This document shows positions 8,383 through 16,388 of a stretch of DNA of 29,427 nt, in pieces (the stretch's first letter is position 1; every line of letters begins with the position of its first letter). The translations under genes and the position numbers were made by a program. Under the pieces are notes generated by a model. It did not search any database. It saw nothing but the letters and a program-made list of their open reading frames with translations, and was not told where the DNA came from. The stretch is taken from assembly GCA_013152135.1 (NCBI GenBank), contig JAADGX010000212.1, positions 1-29,427 of the forward strand. The letters run 5' to 3'. This stretch comes from Chlorobiota bacterium (GTDB taxonomy: Bacteria > Bacteroidota > Ignavibacteria > SZUA-365 > JAADGX01).

Positions 8383-9714
8383 ATGGGTGTTGAGTTTGCA
8401 TCCGGTCATTCAGTCGTAGCTATGGTGCAATTGATTTCACAGGAAGCCTTGACTTCCAATCTGACCGTCGTGCTGCAAAAAGCGGGGATCGCCTTGCTCA
8501 TCGGCGTCCTCGTGGGGTTGGAGCGCGAACGCGACCGCGCAAAAGGGGAGGAGCTTTTCGCGGGCATCAGGACGTTTCCGTTGATTGCGCTTCTCGGGTT
8601 TCTCTCTTCTCTCCTGGCTTCCGCGACCTCGTACTGGGTGCTGGCGGTTGCTCTTACTGCCTTCTTTGGCCTTGTTATCACTACGTATGCGTTTTCCGCA
8701 CGGGAAGGGCATATCGGGATGACGACAGAGGTCTCTGCTCTTATCGTTTTCATTCTGGGCGCACTCGTTTTCCTGGAATTCTATACCATCGCTATCGCCA
8801 GCGCGGTCATCCTCACTCTTGTTCTGACCGTCAAGACTCCTTTACATCGTTTGGTGGAAAAAATCCAGGAAGAAGATATCTACGCGACGCTCAAGTTTGC
8901 CGTCATCACTGCCATTATCCTTCCTGTTTTACCCGACCAGACCTTCGGTCCCTTCGATGTTTTGAACCCCAGGCAAATCTGGTACATGGTCGTGTTGATT
9001 GCAGGTGTGAGCTTCCTCGGGTACATCCTGGTCAAAGTTTTTGGTTCGTCCAAGGGCATAACCTTGACCGGTATGCTGGGAGGACTGGTTTCGAGCACCG
9101 CGGTGACGTTGTCCTTTTCGCAAAAGAGCAAGGAAGCACCGGATCTCGGCCGCACTTTCAGTTCGGCGATTATTCTCGCATGTACCATCATGTATCCGCG
9201 CGTTCTGATCATGATCGCGGTCGTCAACAGGGACCTCCTCGTTTTGATCTGGCCGTCCATCCTTATCTTGACGCTGACGGGGCTGGGGGCCAGCATGTGG
9301 TTGTGGAGAAAAGCATCGCGCCGGAACACGGAGGGTGTGGAAATAAAGAACCCCTTCGAGCTTCGGTCCGCTATCAAGTTCGGGTTGATTTTCGCGGTTA
9401 TCCTGTTTGTTTCGAAGGCGTCCGAGTTCTACTTCGGTGACAGCGGCGTTTACATTACGGCCGGCCTGGCCGGGCTGACCGACGTTGACGCCATAACGTT
9501 GTCGATGGCGAACCTCGCCAAGACCACGCTCAGCGAAACCACCGCGGTCAGCGCCATTCTTCTCGCCATGGTTTCCAACACCATCGTGAAGGCGGGCATT
9601 GCCATTGTCCTGGGTGCTGTTTCCCTTCGCAAGTACACGTTCCCGAGTTTTTCCATCCTGGCGCTGGTTGGCTTGGTACTGGTTTTCTATAACTGGTTTC
9701 AGCCCCTCTTCTGA
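8383..9714 (+). CDS. MgtC/SapB-family membrane protein with DUF4010 domain
   Basis: LLIGVLVGLERE, AGIRTFPLI, GMTTE, LPVLPDQ, GGLVSSTAVT, GLTDVDAITLS, NTIVK; highly hydrophobic, 443 aa. The start could instead be the ATG at 8422. Confidence 0.85.
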   Translation: MGVEFASGHSVVAMVQLISQEALTSNLTVVLQKAGIALLIGVLVGLERERDRAKGEELFAGIRTFPLIALLGFLSSLLASATSYWVLAVALTAFFGLVITTYAFSAREGHIGMTTEVSALIVFILGALVFLEFYTIAIASAVILTLVLTVKTPLHRLVEKIQEEDIYATLKFAVITAIILPVLPDQTFGPFDVLNPRQIWYMVVLIAGVSFLGYILVKVFGSSKGITLTGMLGGLVSSTAVTLSFSQKSKEAPDLGRTFSSAIILACTIMYPRVLIMIAVVNRDLLVLIWPSILILTLTGLGASMWLWRKASRRNTEGVEIKNPFELRSAIKFGLIFAVILFVSKASEFYFGDSGVYITAGLAGLTDVDAITLSMANLAKTTLSETTAVSAILLAMVSNTIVKAGIAIVLGAVSLRKYTFPSFSILALVGLVLVFYNWFQPLF

Positions 9715-9885
9715 ACGATCTATCCCTTCGATTCCCGTACATTATTTACCCCTTCGGGCATTCCGGTGGGAAAGAATATTTTTTATAAACAGCAATGGAT
9801 GCTTTTATTTTTTAATTACTTGAGAAAAATATATTGATAGTAGTTATTTGCTTTTTTAAAGAAGTAAAACTTCGATAGTGAATGG

Positions 9886-9914
9886 TTGATTATTGGTTAA
9901 CATTCTCTTAAATT
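9886..9914 (+). promoter_or_regulatory. Putative sigma70-type promoter of the cytochrome gene
   Basis: TTGATT (9886-9891), 17 nt spacer, TAAATT (9909-9914), inside a very AT-rich tract (~9770-9925). Confidence 0.5.
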
Positions 9915-9977
9915 CTCAATACGATAATGCGGTTTATAGTCTGGTCGTGTCTTCTCAATTCATACAGTGGAGGTCCT

Positions 9978-12962
9978 ATGACGAAGTATTTACGGTGTTT
10001 GACATTGTTGGTCGTAATGAGCGGTCTGTGTTACGCGCAGACCTATGTTGGCCCTGAGAAATGTCTACAGTGTCACAACAATCCCACCCTGGGAGACGCA
10101 ACGGGTTGGCGCACATCCATGCACGCCAATGGTTATTCCTATGTCCCTGACGACAGCCATAGCATGGAAAAGCTGAAAGGCATCATCAATGACTACGATC
10201 AGAACGGTGTTGATGATTTTAAAGATGGTTTGGATTTCAATAAGATCAGTAGCGTGTTCGATCCATACAAACCGAACGCTCCGGTACTGAGCTACGACAG
10301 CCAGAACGGGTATCAGATCAAGATCGGTGAGGTTGCGCACAGGGTGTACATCACGTATGGCGGCAGCGGCTTGTACAAGCAGCGCTACATGGTGAAGATC
10401 AAAACGGCGGGGGGGGAATCAGCAGGATACTACGTTTCTCCGATCCAGTTCAACGAAAAGACCCACGAGTACGTCCTCTATCATCCGGACGCGTGGTACG
10501 ACGCGAACGACAAACCGATCTACACGGCGGCGTCAACGTTTGCAGATGCGGCCCAATCCAGCCGGAACATGGCAAAGGGTTGTGCGGGATGTCACGTGAC
10601 CGGTCTTTCCGTGAAGAAGGACAGCAACGGCGAATGGACGTTGCAAGGTGCGCCGGTTGCGGATGAAGCCGCATACGCCAACTACAACAACATTTTCGAC
10701 ATCGACGGCGACGGCGACCTGGACCAGATGAACACGACGTGCGAACGCTGCCATGGCCCTGGTGGCGATCACGCGTCCGCTCCTACAAAGGCGAACATCA
10801 TCAATCCGGAAGACCTCACCCCGGACGAGGCCAACAACCTTTGTGGCATGTGCCACTCGCGCGGCCACAGCCTGCCGAACGGAACATTCAGCTATCCGTT
10901 CAACGACAACGCGTTGACGTCCTGGAAAGTCGGCGACATGGTGAAAGACTATTACTCGGATGGTGGCGGCTACTGGGGAGACAAGAAGAATTCGAAGAAG
11001 CACCACCAGCAGTTCTTTGACTTCTATCGCAGTCCCAAGCCCACGTTCAAATACGAGAAAGTTCGGTGTTTCAATTGTCATGACGTGCATAACACCGAAA
11101 AACACCATATCGTGACGAGTGTTGAGGAGGAGGACAGCCAAGGCAATCCCATCGAGATCGCCACGGACAATGACAACAATACGCTGTGTCTTTCTTGCCA
11201 TGCGACCCACGGTCCTTTTAAACCAATTACGAAAGAGATGGTGGCGGACTTTGCCAATAACGAGACGGCGATTGCAGCGATTATTTCCAAGCACACGAAC
11301 CACTCCTACGATCCGGAGAACAAGAACAGCACCGGCGGCGCGTCCCGTTGCTCGAAGTGCCACATGCCGAAGATCGCCAAGTCCGCGATTGCGTACGACA
11401 TCCATTCGCATACCTTCGAAGCGATTTCCCCGGCCAAGACACTTAAATATGACATGCCGAATTCGTGTGCGGTCAGTTGTCACAACAAGAACAACTATAC
11501 CTTCGGCGTTGACATGAGTGCAGACGTTTTCACTTCATGGAACGAGCAGACGGATAAGAACCTCGCTGCGCACCTGCTCTTCTGGTACGAGAACCAGTGG
11601 TTCCATGAAACGAACCCGGACGGCAACGTGGTAAACGCCAAGTTGGTGAGAACGCCGCCCACACTCGACGGCGATGATACAGACGCCGCATGGGCGGGAA
11701 CGGATTACGCCACGATTCCGCTGGCTAACGAAAAATCGGTCGATGTGAAAGCGGTCTTCACGTCCACCGATTTGTACATGCTCTTCAAGTGGGCCGATCC
11801 CACCGCCAGCTTTACGCGCAGCGGTTCATGGTCCTACGATGGCAGCGCCTGGAAGACGTCTTCAGGACAGGGCGAGGATCGTATCGCCATCATGTGGAAC
11901 ATGAGTGTTCCCGAGGCGGCGTGGAACGGGCGTGGCTGCATGAACAAGTGCCACCGCAACGTTGACAACAAGGATCCTAACCAAGATAAGACGACCTCGG
12001 AAGACGATGCCTATCTGCCGCGGGGACAAAAAGCCGATATGTGGCATATGAAAGCGGCGCGTTCCTTGCCCGCTACGAACGCCAGCGCGACCAATGTCAC
12101 CGTGGATCCCGCAACCCACGAAGTCACGGCGGGAACGATATCCATGGTCGGTTACATGGATGACAAGTACATCGGGCCATTCGACGCGAATAATGCTCCC
12201 GACGGCGGGCGGTACGGCGATGCGGGCCAGAGCACGTATTCCCGCAACCGCAACGCCGCAAAGACGGGACCGAAGTATATCGAAACGGCGCCTGCGGATT
12301 TCATGGACGCCATGGTACTGACCCAAACCGAAGTCGATGGCGGAGAGGCGGTGGAAGTGGACAACCTGTCCGCGTCCGACGTCCAGACGTACTGGGCCAA
12401 GTATGCGGCGCTTAACGCGGTCGTGCCGGAGAGAATCCTTCACGCGCCCGCCGGCAGCCGTGGTGACATAATGCAGGCTGCCAAGTGGGTCGATGGCTAC
12501 TGGATTACGGAAATCAAGCGTGCCCTGAACACCGGTAACAGCGATGACGATGCGATCTTTGCGCCGAACGGTAGTTACGCGTTCGGCATCGCCCTCATGA
12601 ACAACTCCGGCGGCGACAAGCACTGGACAACGGGCAAAGCTGTCGCTACGCTCAATCTTGGTACGACGGGAGTCGCAGAGCGATTGACGGACGTTCCCGG
12701 CGATTTCAATCTCGCCCAGAACTACCCCAATCCGTTCAATCCTTCCACCGTAATCGAATTCACCGTTCCACGACGCGGCAAAGTCGAACTTAAGGTGTTC
12801 AGTTCGCTCGGTCGCGAGGTCACGGTCCTGGTCAACAAGGACTTGCAGGCCGGGACGTACAAGGTGAACTTCAATGCCAAGGGCTTGACTTCCGGCTTGT
12901 ATTACTACCGGATGACTGCGCCCGGCTACGTGGCGACCAGGAAGATGGTCTTGATGAAGTAA
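9978..12962 (+). CDS. Secreted multiheme c-type cytochrome + EB_dh/DOMON-like domain + T9SS type A sorting domain
   Basis: Start placed at ATG 9978 (GGAGGT just upstream) rather than 9927. Signal peptide MTKYLRCLTLLVVMSGLCYA|Q. Heme motifs CLQCH, CAGCH, CERCH, CGMCH, CFNCH, CLSCH, CSKCH, CAVSCH, CMNKCH. EB_dh-like segment PTLDG..DAAW / LYMLFKWADPT / EDRIAIMW / DMWHMKAARS / WITEIKRAL. C-terminus LAQNYPNPFNPSTVIEF...SGLYYYRM...TRKMVLMK. Confidence 0.92.
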   Translation: MTKYLRCLTLLVVMSGLCYAQTYVGPEKCLQCHNNPTLGDATGWRTSMHANGYSYVPDDSHSMEKLKGIINDYDQNGVDDFKDGLDFNKISSVFDPYKPNAPVLSYDSQNGYQIKIGEVAHRVYITYGGSGLYKQRYMVKIKTAGGESAGYYVSPIQFNEKTHEYVLYHPDAWYDANDKPIYTAASTFADAAQSSRNMAKGCAGCHVTGLSVKKDSNGEWTLQGAPVADEAAYANYNNIFDIDGDGDLDQMNTTCERCHGPGGDHASAPTKANIINPEDLTPDEANNLCGMCHSRGHSLPNGTFSYPFNDNALTSWKVGDMVKDYYSDGGGYWGDKKNSKKHHQQFFDFYRSPKPTFKYEKVRCFNCHDVHNTEKHHIVTSVEEEDSQGNPIEIATDNDNNTLCLSCHATHGPFKPITKEMVADFANNETAIAAIISKHTNHSYDPENKNSTGGASRCSKCHMPKIAKSAIAYDIHSHTFEAISPAKTLKYDMPNSCAVSCHNKNNYTFGVDMSADVFTSWNEQTDKNLAAHLLFWYENQWFHETNPDGNVVNAKLVRTPPTLDGDDTDAAWAGTDYATIPLANEKSVDVKAVFTSTDLYMLFKWADPTASFTRSGSWSYDGSAWKTSSGQGEDRIAIMWNMSVPEAAWNGRGCMNKCHRNVDNKDPNQDKTTSEDDAYLPRGQKADMWHMKAARSLPATNASATNVTVDPATHEVTAGTISMVGYMDDKYIGPFDANNAPDGGRYGDAGQSTYSRNRNAAKTGPKYIETAPADFMDAMVLTQTEVDGGEAVEVDNLSASDVQTYWAKYAALNAVVPERILHAPAGSRGDIMQAAKWVDGYWITEIKRALNTGNSDDDAIFAPNGSYAFGIALMNNSGGDKHWTTGKAVATLNLGTTGVAERLTDVPGDFNLAQNYPNPFNPSTVIEFTVPRRGKVELKVFSSLGREVTVLVNKDLQAGTYKVNFNAKGLTSGLYYYRMTAPGYVATRKMVLMK

Positions 12963-13011
12963 GATCGTTCGAACAAGCTCCCGGCCAGGTCGACCGGAAG
13001 CGGATGTATAC

Positions 13012-13050
13012 AATCGCCGGTTTGCTTTGCGCGGACCGGCGGTTGTTTTT
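13012..13050 (+). terminator. Intrinsic terminator after the cytochrome gene
   Basis: AATCGCCGGTTTGC / GCGGACCGGCGGTT forms a 14-bp stem with G-U pairs, followed by GTTTTT. Confidence 0.75.
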
Positions 13051-13068
13051 ATGTGAGACGGGAATAAG

Positions 13069-13199
13069 TCATCGTGCTGGTAACGGCGTTGTGTACCTCA
13101 GAATGAGGAGTCGTTTCAAGATAAACCCGTCCACCCTTGAGCACGTGGTGAATCCATGCTCGCGGAAACCGTCGCGTCAACACTTTTCAGGCACGATGA
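13069..13199. repeat. 131-nt segment closed by a perfect 9-bp inverted repeat, with internal hairpins
   Basis: TCATCGTGC (13069-13077) and GCACGATGA (13191-13199). Internal stems: CCTCA-gaa-TGAGG, GAGCA..TGCTC, CGG-aaa-CCG. Confidence 0.4.
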
Positions 13200-14120
13200 T
13201 CAATCAGGAAGTGTGAAATCCAGCGTGACGATCTCGGAAAGTGAATCCGGCAAAGAAAGAACGCGGCGTCCGTTGGTAACCGCGATCATGTTGTCGCGAA
13301 AGAGGCTTTCGAGTATGTCTGCCAGCCATTCATGATCGGCGCGGGTGAAGTCCCGTTTCAAGTGCTTTCCGAGATCGGAAAATGATGCTCGGTGCCGGAG
13401 ACGCAGCAACTCGACGATTCTCCCACGGTGAATTCTGCGAGGGACGGTTCGTGGCTCACTGGCGACAGTTTTGGGAAGAGGTTTAAGGATACTACAAGAC
13501 GCGCATTCATTCCGGACGGGACATTCCCGGCATCGTGGCGAGCGTGCCGTGCAAACCAGGGCGCCAAGATCCATCAGTGCATGGGTCCAATTGCGGTACG
13601 CGCGTCGCGGAAGGCAGGCGCGCCCCAGTTCCGCCACCTGCTGCGCTCCCAGGCGGTCGCTCTCGGTGTGCTGGCGGTGGAATATGCGTGAGAGAACCCG
13701 CGTCACGTTCACGTCGATCACGACGACCCGGATGTTGAAAGCAAAGCAGAGGATTGCGTTGGATGTGTACGGTCCAATACCGGGGAGAGATCGCAGGGTA
13801 CTGTAATCACGGGGGATATCGCCCTGGAAGCGTTCGACCAACTGCACGGCACAGGCGTGCAGTTGAAGCGCGCGCCGGTTGTACCCCATACCCTGCCAGG
13901 CGCGCAACACCGCTCCCGGCGTGGAACGAGCAAGGGAATGCATGGTCGGGTACCGTTGTAACCAGTGCGGAAACTTCGTCTTGACTCGTTCGACCTGCGT
14001 TTGTTGCAACATGATCTCGGAGACCAGGATGTGATACGGATCGCTTGTGGAACGCCACGGCAGATCACGACCCTGCCGCTGGTACCACCGCAGGAGTTTC
14101 CGGTTAAGGACGGGGATCAC
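13200..14120 (-). CDS. mutY: A/G-specific adenine glycosylase, short form without the Nudix-like C-terminal domain
   Basis: WYQRQGRDLPWR, DPYHILVSEIMLQQTQV (catalytic Glu), GMGYNRRA, HhH LPGIGPYT, IDVNVTRV (catalytic Asp), [4Fe-4S] motif C-x6-C-x2-C-x5-C (CTARSPRCRECPVRNEC). Start placed at GTG 14120, just after the mutT stop; the track's 14228 start overlaps mutT. Confidence 0.9.
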   Translation of the reverse strand: MIPVLNRKLLRWYQRQGRDLPWRSTSDPYHILVSEIMLQQTQVERVKTKFPHWLQRYPTMHSLARSTPGAVLRAWQGMGYNRRALQLHACAVQLVERFQGDIPRDYSTLRSLPGIGPYTSNAILCFAFNIRVVVIDVNVTRVLSRIFHRQHTESDRLGAQQVAELGRACLPRRAYRNWTHALMDLGALVCTARSPRCRECPVRNECASCSILKPLPKTVASEPRTVPRRIHRGRIVELLRLRHRASFSDLGKHLKRDFTRADHEWLADILESLFRDNMIAVTNGRRVLSLPDSLSEIVTLDFTLPD

Positions 14121-14130
14121 GTCGAGCTGT

Positions 14131-14538
14131 TTATTCGGATGATTTAAGATATTCCAGGATGGCGCGTGAGCCTTCGAGCAAATCATAAGTTTCCACGGTA
14201 GCGAGATCGAGCCATTCGATTTTCTCAAACACGTGATTCGTAGGATCGCCTTCCCATTCGGTTATCTCGAAAAAGGTGAGAAGGAAGTCACCGCCATCAT
14301 CGTAAATATGCCGAATGGTCGATAGTACTCTCATCTTACAGGGCACGAGGCCGAGCTCTTCTTCCAGTTCCCGTTCCAGGCACTCGACAGGGGATTCATC
14401 GGGAAATGCTTTGCCACCGGGGAATTCCCATTTCAGCCCGTAGCGATGGTTGATACCCCTCTGGCACAGAAGGACAGTGTTGTCCTTTCGGAGAATTCCA
14501 ACGCTTACGCGCACCGGCCCTTCTGGGTTATCGAACAT
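14131..14538 (-). CDS. mutT: Nudix hydrolase, MutT-like (8-oxo-dGTP diphosphatase)
   Basis: WEFPGGK followed by an intact Nudix box G-x5-E-x7-RELEEELG; 135 aa; directly upstream of mutY. Confidence 0.8.
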   Translation of the reverse strand: MFDNPEGPVRVSVGILRKDNTVLLCQRGINHRYGLKWEFPGGKAFPDESPVECLERELEEELGLVPCKMRVLSTIRHIYDDGGDFLLTFFEITEWEGDPTNHVFEKIEWLDLATVETYDLLEGSRAILEYLKSSE

Positions 14539-14631
14539 GACGGATCAAACCTGCAAGTAAAAGAAGTGCGTTGTAATGAATGTATTGTTTCCGGCTCGGG
14601 TGTTTCCGGCTTTGCTTCACGACGGTTACAT

Positions 14632-14749
14632 GGGTCAAGCGACTCTTCGATTTCTGAAAACCTTGTTAAGATTGCGCGTGTAATGAACCTCCTTTTTGAC
14701 AGGAGTGGCGCTCAGCGTCCATAGCAAGAGCTTTCGCGATGACTGACCC
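14632..14749 (-). ncRNA. Candidate structured ncRNA / leader (6S-like, short form)
   Basis: Nested pairings found by hand: GGGUCAG/UUGACCC, GCGA/UCGC, CUCUU/AAGAG, CUGAG/UUCAG, apical CUCCU/AGGAG and a 3'-side hairpin AAUCUU/AAGGUU. Lies directly downstream of a sigma70-type promoter, with no credible ORF. Confidence 0.35.
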
Positions 14750-14750
14750 C

Positions 14751-14779
14751 ATGATACACAATACCCTTATTAGACGCAA
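14751..14779 (-). promoter_or_regulatory. Putative sigma70-type promoter (toward the leader/mutT-mutY)
   Basis: Minus strand TTGCGT (14779-14774), 17 nt spacer, TATCAT (14756-14751). Confidence 0.6.
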
Positions 14780-14843
14780 GAGAGAGCGATTCAGGCCGGT
14801 GGATTAATTAATAAAAAATAATAGCAGAATTTTGTATCTGGAA

Positions 14844-14872
14844 TTGAATTTTGCCCGCGTATGACGTACATT
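14844..14872 (+). promoter_or_regulatory. Putative sigma70-type promoter of citrate synthase
   Basis: TTGAAT (14844-14849), 17 nt spacer, TACATT (14867-14872), in an AT-rich divergent region; AAGGAG precedes ATG 14957. Confidence 0.5.
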
Positions 14873-14956
14873 TAAATGCATATGTGAAAATGAATCATAA
14901 GCACCTTTTTACTACTGTTCATTACCGTACCTACTACTCACAAGGAGTAATTCAAC

Positions 14957-16237
14957 ATGTCGATTTTAATGAACACATTGCGGGAAAAATTTCCCCCGCT
15001 CCGTGATCAGTGGCGTAATCTGGTCAAGGAGCACGGCGACAAGGAAATATCCAAGGTATTACTGCGACAGGCTTTCGGCGGTATGCGCGGCGTCAAGTCG
15101 GTGATCTGCGATACGTCGGAAGTGCCGCCCGACCAGGGACTGATCATCAGGGGCATCCCCCTGAAGGAGCTGACGGACAAATTGCCGGAAGAAATCTATT
15201 ACCTGTTGTTGACGGGCGATCTGCCGTCGGGTGACGCTCTGGATGATATCAAGGCGGAATTCAAGAATAGGGCTGGAGTGCCTGACTATGTCTGGAAAGT
15301 TCTCGAAGCCATGCCTGCGGATTCTCATCCCATGGCCATGTTCAACACCGGCATCCTGGTCATGGAAGGTGAAAGCAAATTCCGGAAAAAATACGAAGAG
15401 GGAATGACCAAGGACGAGTACTGGGTGTACACGTTGGAAGATGCTCTTGATATCCTGGCCAAGCTCCCTGAGTTGGCGGCGGGCGTGTACCGCATGCGGT
15501 TCAACAAGGGTGACAGGATTGCTCCCGATCCCAGCCTGGACTGGGGCGCCAACTACGTCCACATGCTGGGACTCGGCGATCCAGACGGCAACTTCACGAA
15601 GTTGATGCGCCTCTATCTTGTCTTGCACAGCGACCACGAAGGCGGCAACGTGAGCGCGTTCAGCGCCGCGACCGTGAACTCGGCCCTGTCCGATTTGTAT
15701 TATTCCTTGTCGGCGGGCTTGAACGGCCTTGCAGGACCGTTGCATGGATTAGCCAACCAGGAATGCCTGCGCTGGGTCATCGAAGTCATCGAGAAATTCG
15801 GTGGCGTGCCCACCGCTGAGGAACTCGAAAAATTCGCGTGGGACACCTTGAATTCCGGTCAGGTTATTCCGGGATACGGCCATGCCGTCTTGCGTGTCGT
15901 CGATCCGCGCTTTACCGCGTTCCTCGGCTTCGGAAAAGAGTATTGTTCAGACGACGACGTCTTCAAGACCGTTGCCCTCGTGTTTGACGTAGTACCCAAA
16001 GTCTTGCGGCAAATCAAGAAGATCAAGGATCCGTGGCCGAACGTGGACGCGGGTTCCGGCGCGTTGCTCTATCACTTCGGACTGCGGGAATTCCCCTACT
16101 ACACGGTGCTGTTCAGTGTTTCCCGTGCTCTCGGCATCACCGCCCAGGCGGTTGTCGCGCGTGCCATGGGTTACCCGATCACGCGCCCCAAATCCATCCC
16201 GACTCGCAAAGCGATGGAACTGGCGGGAGTAGCGTAA
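14957..16237 (+). CDS. gltA: Citrate (Si)-synthase, eukaryote-like type
   Basis: GGMRG, HSDHEGGNVSA, NGLAGPLHGLANQE (catalytic His), PGYGHAVLR (His), DPR, WPNVDA (catalytic Asp), SRALG, RPKS; 426 aa. Confidence 0.96.
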   Translation: MSILMNTLREKFPPLRDQWRNLVKEHGDKEISKVLLRQAFGGMRGVKSVICDTSEVPPDQGLIIRGIPLKELTDKLPEEIYYLLLTGDLPSGDALDDIKAEFKNRAGVPDYVWKVLEAMPADSHPMAMFNTGILVMEGESKFRKKYEEGMTKDEYWVYTLEDALDILAKLPELAAGVYRMRFNKGDRIAPDPSLDWGANYVHMLGLGDPDGNFTKLMRLYLVLHSDHEGGNVSAFSAATVNSALSDLYYSLSAGLNGLAGPLHGLANQECLRWVIEVIEKFGGVPTAEELEKFAWDTLNSGQVIPGYGHAVLRVVDPRFTAFLGFGKEYCSDDDVFKTVALVFDVVPKVLRQIKKIKDPWPNVDAGSGALLYHFGLREFPYYTVLFSVSRALGITAQAVVARAMGYPITRPKSIPTRKAMELAGVA

Positions 16238-16260
16238 AACTCGAATACCATGAGGACTGA

Positions 16261-16299
16261 AACCCCCTGATTCGCCCGCGAGTCAGGGGGTTGTTTTTT
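16261..16299 (+). terminator. Intrinsic terminator after gltA
   Basis: AACCCCCTGATTCG-cccg-CGAGTCAGGGGGTT (14-bp stem, one G-U pair), followed by GTTTTTT. Confidence 0.88.
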
Positions 16300-16388
16300 C
16301 CATGTGATTTCTCGCCACGGAATTCCAGCGAGCAGAGATAGGGGGCCTTGGGAATGAAAACCGTGGTATCAAGATAAAGAGGGAAGCT

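Noticed and set aside
9835-9900. FNR/Crp-type site upstream of the cytochrome
   Set aside because: Only TTGAT half-sites are present (9835, 9886), with no ATCAA partner at 4-nt spacing.
9927-9977. Track start codon at 9927 for the cytochrome
   Set aside because: It has no SD and lies just after the predicted start site. ATG 9978 has GGAGGT and yields a clean signal peptide.
14629-14753. MITE interpretation of the CATGGGTCA / TGACCCCATG inverted repeat
   Set aside because: There is no target-site duplication and no second copy in the window, and one arm overlaps a promoter -10. An RNA fold explains it better.
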